Source of the DNA: Anthoceros angustus
Lineage: Eukaryota > Plantae > Anthocerotophyta
Length of the DNA: 64,000 nt
Direction of reading: 5' to 3'
NCBI GenBank assembly: GCA_010909165.1
Contig: MU008155.1
Span: 310,001 to 374,000 of the forward strand
Made by a program: the position numbers and the translations under genes. This document shows, piece by piece, positions 26,566 through 39,414 of the stretch. The notes under the pieces were generated by a model. That model saw nothing but the letters and a program-made list of their open reading frames with translations, ran no database searches and was not told the DNA's origin. The first letter of the stretch is position 1. The number at the start of each line of letters is the position of its first letter.

Positions 26566-28717
26566 TTAATTTATACTTGATCCTACATATGACCCTGAGG
26601 GCGCTGCTGAGGCGGCTGGGTTGTTAACTTCTGACTGCTGAGGATTTGCATTGTTTGGCTTGAAGACAACCATGTCGCCTGGAAACAACATACCGATCAT
26701 TCTTTTTTCCACAGAGGTGCTTGCCAGCAGTAATGTCTGGCTTGGCAGTTGAATCACAGCACACAATTTCTTTTCTGCCAGCTGAACGAGGAATCCATGT
26801 GGACTCGGCGTCCTAAAAGCCAAAACCTCTGCTTTTCCCTGAAACTCTTTGCTGTTCATGAGTTCCTGTTCAATGAGCCTCATTATCTGAATTGTAGAAG
26901 GCCAGTCTGCAGCAAGTGTTTCTGGTGACGTACTCGGTCTGTAACACTCTAAGTTGCAAATACGCACAGGTTTTCCTTGACGGAGACCTGCTAATACGCC
27001 GTCCCACAGCTTTGCATACTTTACTCCAGTTGCCTGAGTAGACTGTGGAGCCAGTTGCTGTGGATTCGCCGGTGACTGGCCGAGTGTATGCTGAGGTTGG
27101 AATGGCTGTTGAAGAGTCTGCTGTGAAGTTTGTGTGATCGAAGATGGTTGCAAGCTTTGAGTAGGCTGTGCCATGTTAGAGAGAGTACCAGTAACTCCTG
27201 GTAATCTGTTTGCACCAACTCCTCCAACTTGAGTTGCTGCTCTGTTCGGAAGATTACTTCCTGATGTCAAACCCCCTGCGCTCCGTGAATTAGGTTGGCC
27301 AATAGCTCCAGTACCTAGACCCCTTACCTGGCCAAGTCCTCCAGCCAGCTGACCATTCGGAATGCTGACAGCAGTAACCTCAGCCCTGCTCATCATCAAG
27401 TTTGCTGGCTGCATTCCAAAGGGACGCAACCCATTTGCAACATTTCCCTGTCCTGCAATGTCTACCTGCAGACTACTGACACCCACTTGACCTCCAAGTG
27501 TATTAGGTCCAATTCCCATAGACGCCTGGCCCATAGTAACTCCGGGGAAGGAGTTTACCCCAGTTCCCTGAGACGATAGGATATTTGCAACTCCTGGAAG
27601 CTTCCATCCGCACCCTGCAAAGCACCATTGTTGGCCCCTCGCGATACTTGTGTGACTGCATGGTAACCGGTTGACAGCACGTTTGCGTTGGAGACGAGAG
27701 AGGTGCTTGTCACATCCTCCTGCTTGACCACAACATTTGAGACAGAGTTCAAGGTATCCTGTACTGCATTGGTGGACGGGGCCATACCAGTGCTGATCAC
27801 AGGTACACCTGTTCCAGTCGTCATCTTAGTATTAGTAACCAAGACAGGTGGCAATCCTGAAGAAATCTCCATCTTAGCTTTTCCCGTAGGAACGCTGACT
27901 GAATGTCCTGCAATTACACTTGCCGTTTGCCCTGACGTGAGCGGAATGTCATGAAGTTCAGCTTTCGAGACTGGAGGCAGAGAGGAGTTGTTCCCATTGA
28001 TGCCCAAAACAGCACGGGCCTCCCAGAAACCATCAGAAAGAAGAACTGTATGGTAGGGATACTGCTTGGGGACAATGACTTCTGGGTCAGTTGACCTTGA
28101 GTTCCGCTTGGCCAAGTTGTAAACCGCGCGCAGCTGAGGAAGTCTTCTTGGGCAAATCACTGACAAGGAGACATAGCATTGAGGGAACCACTTGGCCACA
28201 TCCTCTGAATCAGCAAGGCGCCACTGTCGTGTCTCTGACTCTGAGGTGTTAGAGTCGCCATTAAAACTAATAGGTGGGGTGACGACAGGCTTTGGTATGC
28301 TGCAGGGAGCAGATGTAGCTATCAGGAGGACGTGCTTCTGCCTGTCGGATCCAGTTACGTTTGCCACACTTTGCCCTGGAATACACATGAGAAGAGCCTC
28401 TGCCAGCCCCTCGGCCATACCCACTTCCCCAAACCCTCCCCACTGAACTGAATGTTACAGAGCCATTGAAGGAAGATATCCATATTGCTGGTCCAGCCCA
28501 CCTGCTGTACCAACCCTGCATGATTAGCATGATGGCTGTTGAACAAAACCAAACCAGTTTCTCCTGGGGTAACTGACAATTTCTGCCCATTAACATCCTG
28601 ACCATAGAAAGCTCGGACAATTTTCTCAACATACTCCCTGTGTATATGAGGCCATTGATATCCCAAAGCAGCTGTACTTTCAACCACCACTACCAGCTGA
28701 CGAAGTTGAGATGCCAT
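26566..28717 (-). CDS. MED25: Mediator subunit 25 (PFT1)-like, intronless, ~717 aa after correcting two homopolymer frameshifts
   Basis: vWA domain (QLVVVVESTAALG..W, AEGLAEAL, SLSVICPR.LP.L) and ACID domain (YAKLWDG.LAG.RQGKPV, AADWP, LAEKKLCAVIQLPSQTLLL, IGMLFPGDMVVFKP). Frameshifts at ~28440 and ~27596, each in a short C/G run. Confidence 0.85.
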
Positions 28718-29232
28718 CTTGTGTAACATCGCACAGGCTGCATGACAGACCCTGCTCAACCTAAATTGCCATGACGAGGACTCAGATCATTCAGTTAGAC
28801 AACTCTGATCCCATGGTGTTGCTCATGCAGAACTGTTCCACGAAGCAGAAACGAGACCTGCGTTCCTTCCGCAAGCGAGTCCTGCTCTATGATTCCGCCA
28901 AAGCGCCAGTGTCGGATGACTTCTTCCACGATATATGGCTTCAGTCATAGGGCTACGACGCAGTGTGTAAGGACTTTGACGCTGGAAAGAGCAGCATGCG
29001 TGGAGAATTTTACTGCTCGTCGTAGCGATTTATACGAACAATGCTGTCTTACGGTTTCATCTTTTTCTGCTTTTGGCGAGTCTTACTTCAGTTACTTTTG
29101 CCGAGTTAATGCTGTGGGGGTCTGGGTTAACTTCTGCTGTTTAATGCTTGGCCGCTCCAGATAGGGATCGTGGCAGAAGCAGTCATGCATTTTACCCTCA
29201 GAAAGTTTGCACTGACGTAATCGGAAGCTCGG

Positions 29233-29660
29233 GAAGTTCAGCTTTCGACGGGCCTCCCAGAAACCATCACAAAGACGAACTGTATGATAGGAATACTGCT
29301 TGGGAATAATGACTTCTGGGTGGGTCAGTTGACCTAGAGGGGAGTCTTCTTGGGCCTATCACTGACAAGGAGACGTAGCAGTGAGGGAACCACTTGGCCA
29401 CATCCTCTGAAGATGCAAGGAGCCATTGCCGTGTCTCTGACTCCGAGGTATTAGAGTCGCCATTAAGACTAATGGGTGGGGTGACAACAGGCTTTGGTAT
29501 GCTGCAGGGAGCAGATGTAGCGATCAGGAGGACGTGCTTCTGCCTGTCCGATCCAGTTACGTTTGCCACACTTTGCCCTGGAATACACATGAGAAGAGCC
29601 TCTGCCAGCCCCTCGGCCATACCCACTTCCCCAAACCCTCCCCCACTGAACTGAATGTTA
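29233..29660 (-). pseudogene. MED25: Partial, internally deleted duplicate of the MED25 vWA region
   Basis: Near-identical to segments of ~27953-28459, with internal deletions. Confidence 0.9.
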
Positions 29661-29712
29661 GTCGAGAAATGGGAAGGATTTTGGCAGACCATACCTGCAT
29701 CCGAAACCCAAC

Positions 29713-30040
29713 CTCATGGGACTTGGTACTCCACAACTTGTATCATGGTGTGTCTAAGCTACTTGCACCAAGGGCATTCAACACACATTCACATGAGACG
29801 TAATGTTTCCAGGTCATGGGACTTGGTACTTCACAACTTGTACAATGGTGTGTGTAAGCTAGTTGTACCAAGGGCATTCAACACAAATTCATATGAGACG
29901 GAATTTTTTTTTGTCATGGGACTAGGTGCTTCACAACTTGTACCATGGTGTGTGTAAGCTAGTTGTACCAAGGGCATTCAACACAAATTTATATGAGATG
30001 AATTTTTTCTTGTCATGGGACTTGGTATTTCACAACAAAG
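29713..30040. repeat. ~3.3 tandem ~100 bp units related to the 23975-24040 insertion
   Basis: tcatgggacttggtact..acaacttgtaccatggtgtgt.taagcta.ttg.accaagggcat repeated. Confidence 0.85.
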
Positions 30041-31071
30041 TGCGTACCACGTTAGTACTTAGCACGGCATCTTCCACAATCTCTCAATGGGAATGATGAA
30101 AAGTCTCTTAGGCCCTATGGAGCACAAACACATAATATGTACTTTGTCATTCAGAATCTCTGAATGGTAATAATGAAAAGTCTCTCCTGAACCACAGACA
30201 CGTTAATACTTTGTCATTCACAATCTCCCAATGGGAATAATGAAAAGTCTCTTATGCCGCTTGCTTCATGAAAGGCAGTACACAAACACACCACAGTCAT
30301 AGGGTGTTCCTCATCTCATAGCTCTGGACGGGCAGTCATAGGGAAGATGGGATGTGTGTGAGAAGATGTGATGACCCCACGGGTATGGAGAGTTAAGATG
30401 GCATGGCGCAAAGAGAGTGCATTGGCTGCTAGTTGGTGGGCATGGAGCATGGAACATGGCACAGACGAGGCAACACTTTAGAAGAATCTTAACGACTCGG
30501 AGAGGATAGTGAGACTCGGAGAGGATAGTATTAACCGGGAAATATATTATATGAATTTAACAAGTGGTATTTATAGTGTATGTGCAGCTCCGGGCAGACG
30601 TCTTGGGAGACCATCGAACTGAAGATTTGAAGGGTATGATCCACGACTCACACCCACCGCATACTATTTTGACGTCAAAACAATGAAAAATTTGACCGCT
30701 ACAATTAAAATTAAAATTAAAATTAAAATTAAAAGAAAAAGAAAAAGCAAGCTCCAGGCTTGGTCTGCTTCATAGTGAACATGTCCCGTGATTCCAGGTT
30801 GAGGCTGATTACACATACTAGGTTGTACATGATAATGGTACACTCTGAAGAAGAACAAGTCTATTATAGCCACAAGCTGTCACCCTTCTCTGATCATACT
30901 CGGTTGTTCGTAATAATGGTACACTCTCAAGCCTTCATCGAGGGATGACATGTATGGCAAAGCGTACATACAAAAGCAAGGCACACGTTGCCGCAAGGTC
31001 GAGGAATGTCGGTGGGTGCAACGTGGTCAGACAAGCAACTAATTTGGATTTTGGAGCCATCGGCAAGCGAG

Positions 31072-33828
31072 CTAAGGGAAGCTTACAGATCGATAAGCTT
31101 TGGGGAGCAGAGTGGGTGCCGGGCACGATGCTGGACTGCTGATGGTAGCAGAGACATTGCTGTTGCACACTGGAGCCCCCCGGTAGACCGTGTTCTGCCC
31201 CAATGTCAGCACTGAGTACTGTTGCACCAGTGCCAGAGACTTGTACACCGATTCCAGGACTTGGTCCACAGATACTGCCAAACACAGCACAGTGTTAAAA
31301 AATGGTAACTCTCAGCTGCTGCTGCAGCCAAGTCGGCAAAGTATGAGGGCCATCACAATCCTGAGAATCTATCAAGGTGAGAAAAATACGCATTGTGCAA
31401 ACCTGTTTGCCTCTTCTTGGTGTTGGTGAGGTCCTTGGCAGTGGCAGCAGCAGCATAGATGGAGGCATTGAGGCTAGTCCATTGCTGTTGGGTCAGGTTC
31501 ACCAGCACCCCATCCGCGCTGGCTTGCTTGAAGGAGTAGAGAGTGGTGTTGAAATCCTTGAACACCGAGGTACTAAGCTCCACCATGCGGTCCTCGTACT
31601 TGTCCACCTGCCTGCCTGAAATCGCCGACGGCGCATATATCCCCTGAGAGAAGACGGCCGCTACACACAGGCCGATGACGAAGAGAGTCGATACCCACGA
31701 CGCAAACTGCTTCAGGAACTGATTCCAGTTCACTCCCTTGGCCCCTTCCAGCAGCCCCACGCCCACGATGGCTCCCGTGATGCACTGGCTGGACGAAGTG
31801 GGCAGACCATACCTGCATCCGAAACCCAACATCAGACATCATCGACATTCGAAGCAACGCCATGAAACAGAAGGAGCCGGGCATGCAGCACGATGTATGG
31901 AACCACACTCACTGAGCAGCGATCATGATGACGAAGGCAGTGGCCAGCTCCGCGGAGAACCCCCTGGTCGGGGTGAGCTTGGCGAGCTTCACGCCCATGG
32001 CTCTGGTGACGTTGTAGCCGTAGGTGGCCAGACCCACGACCAAGCCGATGGCGCCCACCAGGATGATCCACACCGGAGGCTTCACATTCTTGCTCAGCGC
32101 CCCCTTCTGGTACACATCCCAGATGGTGGCCAGCGGACCGGCCATGTACCCAACCTCCCCGGCCCCGTGCGCGAAGATGACGCAGATGGCCGAGAACACC
32201 TGCAGGTAGCTGAATGCGTACTCCACTCTGGGCTCGAACACCTCCGCCTGCTCGTGGATGTCGTGCACCACTGCGTCCGTCTTCACCACCTTGTGGATGT
32301 CCACGTCCAGTCCGTGCGTCACCGCCTTGGTGGCCCTGCGCACCCAGCCCCCGGCGCTTCGATTCACACCGACAGCGGGATCCGCGCCTTCCCCGACCTG
32401 ACTCATCTCCACATCCGGCAAGCTCATTGTCGCTGTCGCAGTCGCTGTCGCTGCCCCGACCGCCCTGCCGTCGGCGTCGAATTGCTTGCCGGCCATCCTC
32501 CTGAGCAGCGGCAGCGCGATGAAGATGGTGAGCAAGGTGACGCCCCCGGCGACGACGGCCGAGATCCAGGCCGCCTTGCTGTCCGTCCAGTCGTCATTCG
32601 TGGAAAGCGTCTTCTTGGCTCCCTGCAAGGATTGTGATGGTCGTGGAATGCCAACATCGTCGTCATCCATCCAACCCAACAGTAGTGTCTCGGGAAGAAG
32701 GGGTGCGTGAAGGTTTGCGTACCTTGGTGAAGACGAAGTAGACGTTGATGAAGGTGGTGACAAGCACGAATGGCGGGAGCACCCAGAAGGAGAGCGCGTA
32801 CGCGTTCTGGCGGCGGAGCACCAGGACGCGCACCAGGAAGAAGATGAGAGCGGCCGCGGCGGCGCTCAGGATGGGCGCGATGAACCACGACAGCACGATG
32901 GCGATCACGCCCTTGTACGGCGGGAATAACGCGTCGTCCTTCTTCGCCCACACCACGGCGTTCTTGCCGTCCCACACCAGTGCGAACCCGATGATTCCTC
33001 CGACTGCGCATCGAAGCATGCATTGCATCGGATTGGATTGAGTTGAATGGGTGGAATCGTGCATTGGATTGCATCGAACCGGTGGTATGCCATGATGCGA
33101 TGCAGTCGCAGAGGGTGATGAGATCGGTGATGTCGGATGAAAGCTTTGTGGACTTACTGATGGAGTGCGTGGAGGAGACGTTGAGGCCCCAGTAGGAGGT
33201 GAGCACAAGCCAGACTGTTCCCACGCCCAAGGCGCAAACCATGCCATAGGCGTACACCTCGGGGTCGCGGGTGAAGCTGTTGATGTCGGCGATGCCGGAT
33301 GCAATCGTGTTGGTGGACACCCGGCCCAGCAAGAGCGCGCCGGCGAACTCGAACACGGAGGCGATCTGGAACAAGAAGACGACGACTCACGACTCAGTAC
33401 TGATTCACGATTCACACGTTTCACGATTCACTATTCACACGATTCACGACTGTATGCGAGAGCCTAAAGCACAGACATGGTTAGGAATCGCAGCGCTGGG
33501 AGGGAGCGAGGGAGAGAGGAATGTTAGGGTTTACAATCACAGCTTGGCGGAGCGTGAGAGTCTTGCTGCCGACGGAGGTGCCGAAGGCGTTGGCCACGTC
33601 GTTGGCGCCTGCGGGAGGGAGCGAGCAAGCAAGCAGCAACAGAGGGAATGTCAGTGCCGAATCTCAAGAATCTGGAGAGGACTGGAGAGGACCGGAGAGG
33701 GCTGGAGGGGACTGGAGGGGACTGGAGGGGACTGGAGAGAAGTGGAGAGTGCCTGTTCCCCAGCCGAATCCGAATGCCACGACGGCTCCCACCACGACAA
33801 GCCACAGGTACTCCGGCAGCTCCGCCAT
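31072..33828 (-). CDS. PTB: PiT-family Na+/Pi symporter, PTB type, multi-exon
   Basis: GANDVANAFGTSVGSKTLTL, NVSSTHS, FAHGAGEV..GPL, KLTPTRGFSAELA and GLPTSSSQCITGAIVGVG across GT-AG introns. No transit peptide. Cys-containing C-terminal extension ending SVSFP*. Confidence 0.93.
33672..33740. repeat. Intronic 10 bp tandem repeat (actggagggg-like, ~7 copies)
   Basis: Directly visible in the first PTB intron. Confidence 0.85.
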
Positions 33829-33961
33829 GATGTGTCGAGTGTCGATCGGAATCGGAGTCCGGAGCCGAAGTTGGAGCCGGCCTCGGCTGCAGCCTGCATC
33901 TGAGATCCTCGGGGGCCGCCCGGCGCAGGTTTATGCGTCGAGCTACCCCGAATCCCTGCCG

Positions 33962-34010
33962 GCATATGCCTCCCACCTCCCGAATTTCCCCGCTGGGAAA
34001 GTGGATATGC
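33962..34010. promoter_or_regulatory. Two P1BS (GNATATNC) phosphate-starvation elements
   Basis: GCATATGC at 33962-33969 and GGATATGC at 34003-34010, 130-180 bp upstream of the PTB ATG. Confidence 0.75.
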
Positions 34011-35313
34011 CGCAGCACCTTGACCCCCCGACCACCGGATATGTATACCTCTTGCAACGCACGGCCACACGCGGGCCCCACCACCATCCTGAGCGCTCTC
34101 TCCTCCACATACGCGTCTCTGGCCGCGTATATGACCGACTACCGGACGAATCACGAATCACGAATCGGGGCTTGGACGCAGTTGTTCCGCAATCCGCACT
34201 GACAGTTTTGTCACCATTCCAAACCGATGTGCGAAGAAAGCATTCCCCCATCGCCGAGCAAAGCTTCAACATTTCGCAGACCTGGAAATCCGAGGCATGT
34301 CTGGCTTGGGAGGTGTTCCAAGCATGCTTCAGCCCTCGGTATTCTCAGCCATTTCCGCGGAAGGCGCTTCGTGGAGGTGTGCTTCAAGGTGAGGGAACCC
34401 TGGTTTCGTTGGAAGGTTGAAACAAAAGGAAAGAAAGAGTAGAAAGAAACGCACCCGGTAGCCGGTGATGTATGCGGCCAAGAGAAGCGTATGTGGAGGG
34501 GAGGGATTTAGCGGAGGGCATGGGTTGCCATGCCATGAGCTTGGCGGGGCCCGCGTCTGTCCAGCTGATCGAGCCCTACTTTTGCACACGGCCCGCCAGC
34601 AAATCTGTGTACGGTACGGCAAGGACGCCCTCCGTGCCTCTCAGCTTGCCCCTTGGAAGATCTGCCTACGGTGGAGAATCTTGAACATCGTTTACTTTGG
34701 TCTGCCTTGCACAGTACTGCAAGTCTGCAACATTATAATCCATTGTAAAAGAATAAAAAAGTCTGCAGCATTGCAGGGGACGAAATTGGCCTGATAGGAA
34801 AACATTGGAGGGGGGAAAAAAAGAAAAAGGAAAAAACATTGGAGGGCCTCCGAGGGCAGATAATGGACTCCCAAGAGTATAGTGTGTAGGAAGCCTCCCA
34901 TGGCATGTCATGCTTGTCATGTGCTGGGGAGAGTAGAGTTGAAGTGGGAACGAAGAATGAAACTATAGACCTGCGTATGCAAGTTCACAGAGGAGACCTC
35001 TGCAGCATCCCCATTTCCTTTGGAATTCTGTAGAACATGCCCATTTCCGTTGGAATAGCATTGGTTCCTCCTGGTACGGGTCTCGGGTAGCTTGCCTGGC
35101 CTTGCCTCCTCTTTTCGAACCACTACACGGTATGTGGCCTGCTTGGCTTCAATCTCACAACCCCGTCCTGATCCTGAAATCGTCTGACCTCAGCAAACCT
35201 GGTGCTGCAGATACTATTCTAGCGGATGTAGAGATGTAGAATCATGGTACAGAGTAGTTGGGATTTGGGGTTTTGCGTTCAGGGCCGGCTTGGGTGCATA
35301 GAAACGTTCCAGC

Positions 35314-38300
35314 ATGGCTGCCTTGCGGGGTGCACGTCATTCGCACAGGGCGACCCGTGCAGGAGGATTTCTGCTGGCTGGAGAGGGTGGCCTGTGGGTG
35401 CAGTTTGCTCTGGATTACACTCTTGGGTGGGACAAGACTGTCAAGCAGCACGACGAGAGCTCCCATTGGCCTGGCTTCCAGCATGAGAAGTCCCACGACT
35501 GGAGAATCAAATTACTAGTGCAGGCGTGGGTAGATGCGGAGCTGGCTGCTCTGGATATGCAAATGCAAATGGGTGGTGACGCCCCTTCGTCCGACTGGAG
35601 AGTGTCGGATGATGGGGAGTTGCGCTGGGCTGGAGGATGCGAAAACGTGGGTGACAGCCGACACGGTGAGTCGACTGTGCCTGCAGGGGCAGCACGGGGA
35701 GGCTGTTGAGGCTCTGGGAGTTTTGGTGCGGACAGATTGTCATCTTTCAAAATCTCTCTTGTATGCTGTCCTCAAGAATTGTTTGGATCAGAGAGACCTG
35801 GTTCTGGGTCGCCGCATCCATGCTTTCATCGTGAAGCAGGGCTATGGGTCGGACGCCTTCCTCTGCACCCACGTCATGCGAGTGTATGCCTCTCGTGCCA
35901 GGTTGCAGGAGGCGATGGATGTATTCGCACAGGTGGCCACACCTGATGCTTTCACTTGGTCTGCCATAATATCTGCGCATGTCAAGTATGGACAAGATAA
36001 GCAGGCTATCCAACTGTACGATCGGATGTGCAGGTCAGGTGTGAAGCCTGATGGTCATGTCTTTGTTGCAGCCTTGCAGGCTTGCGCCAGGGGAGCAGAC
36101 CTGAAAACTGGGCAGCAGGTGCATGCTGACGTGTTGGCCAGTGGGGTTGAGCCTAGTCCGTTTGTTTGCAATTCTTTGGTGGACATGTATGCCAAGTGCG
36201 GCAGCTTGCAAGACGCTCAAAGAGTTTTTGATGGACTTGGTCGAAAGACTGTAGTGACTTGGAATGCCATGATATCAGGGTATTGCCAGCAGGGCAGGGG
36301 GCAGGAAGCCCTTCATCTTTACAGTGCTATGCGAAACGACAGCGTTGCTGTGCCCGATTCTGTGACTTTTGTGTGCCTCCTACAGGCATGTGGAATTGTG
36401 GGGAACCTGGCGTTGGAGAAGGGGAAGGAGCTTCATGCGCAAATTAGGAAGCGAGGGCTTGAAGGTGATGCGTTTGTAGCCAGCAGTTTGGTAAACATGT
36501 ATGCAAAGTGTGGCAGCCTTGAGGACGCTTGTACCGTGTTTGATGGACTTGATCAGAAAGATGTGGTGACATGGAGTGCCATGATAGCAGGGTATTCCCA
36601 GCATGGCATGGGTCAGGAAGCACTCCGTGTTTACAGTGCTATGCAGGAAGAAGGCATGGCTGCACCCGATTGTGTGACATTTGCGTCTCTCCTGCAGGCA
36701 TGTGCGAGTGTGGGCTCCCCAGCTTTGGAGAAGGGGAAACAGCTTCATGCTCAGATTGGGGAACAAGGACGTTTTGTTCATGTGTTCTTAGGTGCCAGTC
36801 TTGTCAACATGTATGCAAAGTGCGGCAGCCTGGCAGATGCAAAGGTCGTGTTTGACGGCCTTGCACGAAAGAATGTTGTGACATGGACTGCTCTGATAGC
36901 AGCATATTCTCAGCAGGGCATGGGCCAGGAAGCCCTTGAGCTTTACAGCAGTATGCAAGAAGAAGGCATGACTGCAGAGGATTCTGTCACATTTATCTGC
37001 CTCCTGCAGGCCTGTGCCAGTGTGGGCACCCCAGCGTTGGAGAAGGGGAAGCAACTTCATGCACAGATTAGAGAACAAGGACTTGAGGCTGATTTGTTCG
37101 TAGCCAGCAGTTTAGTGAACATGTATGGCAAGTGTGGCAGCCTGGAGGATGCAAAGGATGTGTTTGATCGACTCGATGAGAAAAATGTTGTGACGTGGAG
37201 TGCCATGATTGCAGTATATTCCCAGCAGGGCATGGCTCCAGAAGCCCTTCGTCTTCACAGTGCTATGCAAGAAGAGGGCATTGCACCCAATTCTGTGGTA
37301 TTTGCGTGCCTCCTGCACGCATGTGCCACTGTGGGGACCCCAGCTTTGGAGCAGGGGAAACAGCTTCATGCACAGATTCGGGAACGAGGACTTGAGGCTG
37401 ATGTATTCCTGGCCAACAGTTTGGTGAACATGTATGCAAAGTGTGGCAGCCTGGAGGATGCTCGGGGCGTGTTTGACTCATTTGATCAAAAAGATGTGGT
37501 CACCTGGAATGCCATGATGGCAGGCTACTCCCAGCAGGGTCTGGGACAGGAAGCCCTTTGCTTTTACAGTGCTTTGCAAGAAGATGGCATGGCTCCACCT
37601 GATTCTGTGACATTCGTTTGCCTCCTGCAGGCATGTGCAAGTGTGGGCACCGGGGCTCTGGGGAGGGGGAGGCAGCTTCACGCACATATTAGAGCTCAGG
37701 GACTCGACGCTGATGTATTTGTCGCCAACAGCTTGGTAAGCATGTATGCAAAATGCGGCAGCTTGGGAGATGCGAAACGTTTGTTCGATGGGCTTCGTCA
37801 CAAAGATGTGGTGACCTGGAATGCCATGATAGCAGGATACTCGCAGGAAGGCATGGGGCAGGATGCCCTTGCACTTTACGGGGCTATGCAACAAGAAGGC
37901 ACAGTTGCACCAGATTCTCTGACATTTGTGACTCTCCTGCAGGCATGTGCAAATGTGGCAGCCCTGCATCTGGGAAGGCAGCTTCATGCACAGATTGTAG
38001 AGCGAGGGCTCCAAGCTAGTTTTCTTGTTGCCGTCAGTTTGATAAACATGTACGGAAAGTCTGGGAGCATGGCGGATGCACAGCAGGTGTTCGAGGCACT
38101 GCCCAAAAGGGATATCATCGCCTGGAACGCACTAATTGCAGGCCACACCCGTCAAGGAGATAGTGGATCCGTCTTTGACATGGTTCACAGAATGACCCAG
38201 GATGGCATACAGCCAGACAGCATCACGTTCCTCAGTGTTCTGACAGCATGCAGCCATGCCGGTCTACTGAACAAGGGCCGAGAGTACTTTGAGGCTATGA

Positions 38301-38767
38301 GCAAACAACATGGCATTGCTCCAACAGGGGAGCACTACGCATGCATGGTAGACCTCATGTGCCGTGCAGGCCAACTTGACGAAGCACTGGCAGTTGTGAG
38401 GGCAATGCATGTGCCCCCTCACGACGCAGTTTGGCATACTATATTGAGTGCTTGTAGAGAGTGGAGCAACGTGGAGGTCGGACGCCATGCTTTTGATCAA
38501 GCAGTGAAGCTAAACGAGAAGGATGCAGCAGCATATGTGTTGATGTCGAGCATATACCGTGGTGTCCAGATGTGGGAGGAGGCCCAGGAGATGCACTCGA
38601 GGAGAGAAAGGATCGGAGCATGGAAGCAGCCAGGCCTGAGCTGGTGGACAGACATGGAGGGCCAGGTGCATACGTTTGTGGTTGGCCATAAAACTCATCC
38701 TGAGAGTGACGATATATATGCGATGGTGGAAGAGCTTGTTCCAACAAATAGTGAAAGAAGACTATAA
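35314..38767 (+). CDS. PLS-class PPR RNA-editing factor (26 motifs, E1-E2-E+ with WW-type PG box) with degenerate N-terminal PDF motif
   Basis: L-S, seven PLS triplets, P2-L2-S2, E1, E2, then WKQPGLSWWTD..VHTFVVG..HP. The deaminase core is absent. The N-terminus (ORF 35314) joins the main ORF through a probable frameshift near 35625, so the start is uncertain. Confidence 0.92.
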
Positions 38768-39414
38768 GCCACAGGATCTAGTGACTTGTTTGCGGTTTTC
38801 CTCTTTCCGAGGTATGACATACGTTTTGTTCCTAGGTTCCTGTACCAATCTTAATAAAAAGGTAACCAGAAATCATTCAGCAAACATTTACATTACAACA
38901 TACAAGAGTATGGTTGACACAGTTGACCCTAGCTGAAGGGGACTGGAAACGAACGTCAGATAAGACTGGGAATGAAAGCCTCTAGCACAACTGGCTAGAA
39001 GGAAAATCTGCGCTTAGGTGTAAAAAGTTTTGGCCTCGGCCAGGCACAGCAGCCCGCAGAGTTTTGCCATCCTTGATATAAGAAGGAGAACTCAAGTACT
39101 GAGGGAGATCCGAACTAGAAGCAGCCAAGCTTTGCTTCAGCCATACATGATTCTCTGCTCAAACTTCCTCAATCTGATTACCTGAATTTCAGGCTCGAAT
39201 TGACATCCGAGAGGAGACTAAGGCTTGCTCAATCTGCAAACAAGTGTCTAGACCAGATCCATCCTCTACTAATCTTCGCCTCTCCTTCGCAAACGTCACA
39301 GCTCCAATTCCTTGCGAAACATAAGCTGAGGCTCGGCAGAGCAGATGGAGCAACGAGGCCGATGAGCACCAGATCTGGCCACCTACCTACCTATCTACCT
39401 AACCTGCTCACCAC

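Noticed and set aside
29713-30260. Regularly spaced repeats resembling a CRISPR array
   Set aside because: Units are whole tandem copies without unique spacers, there are no cas genes, and the context is eukaryotic.
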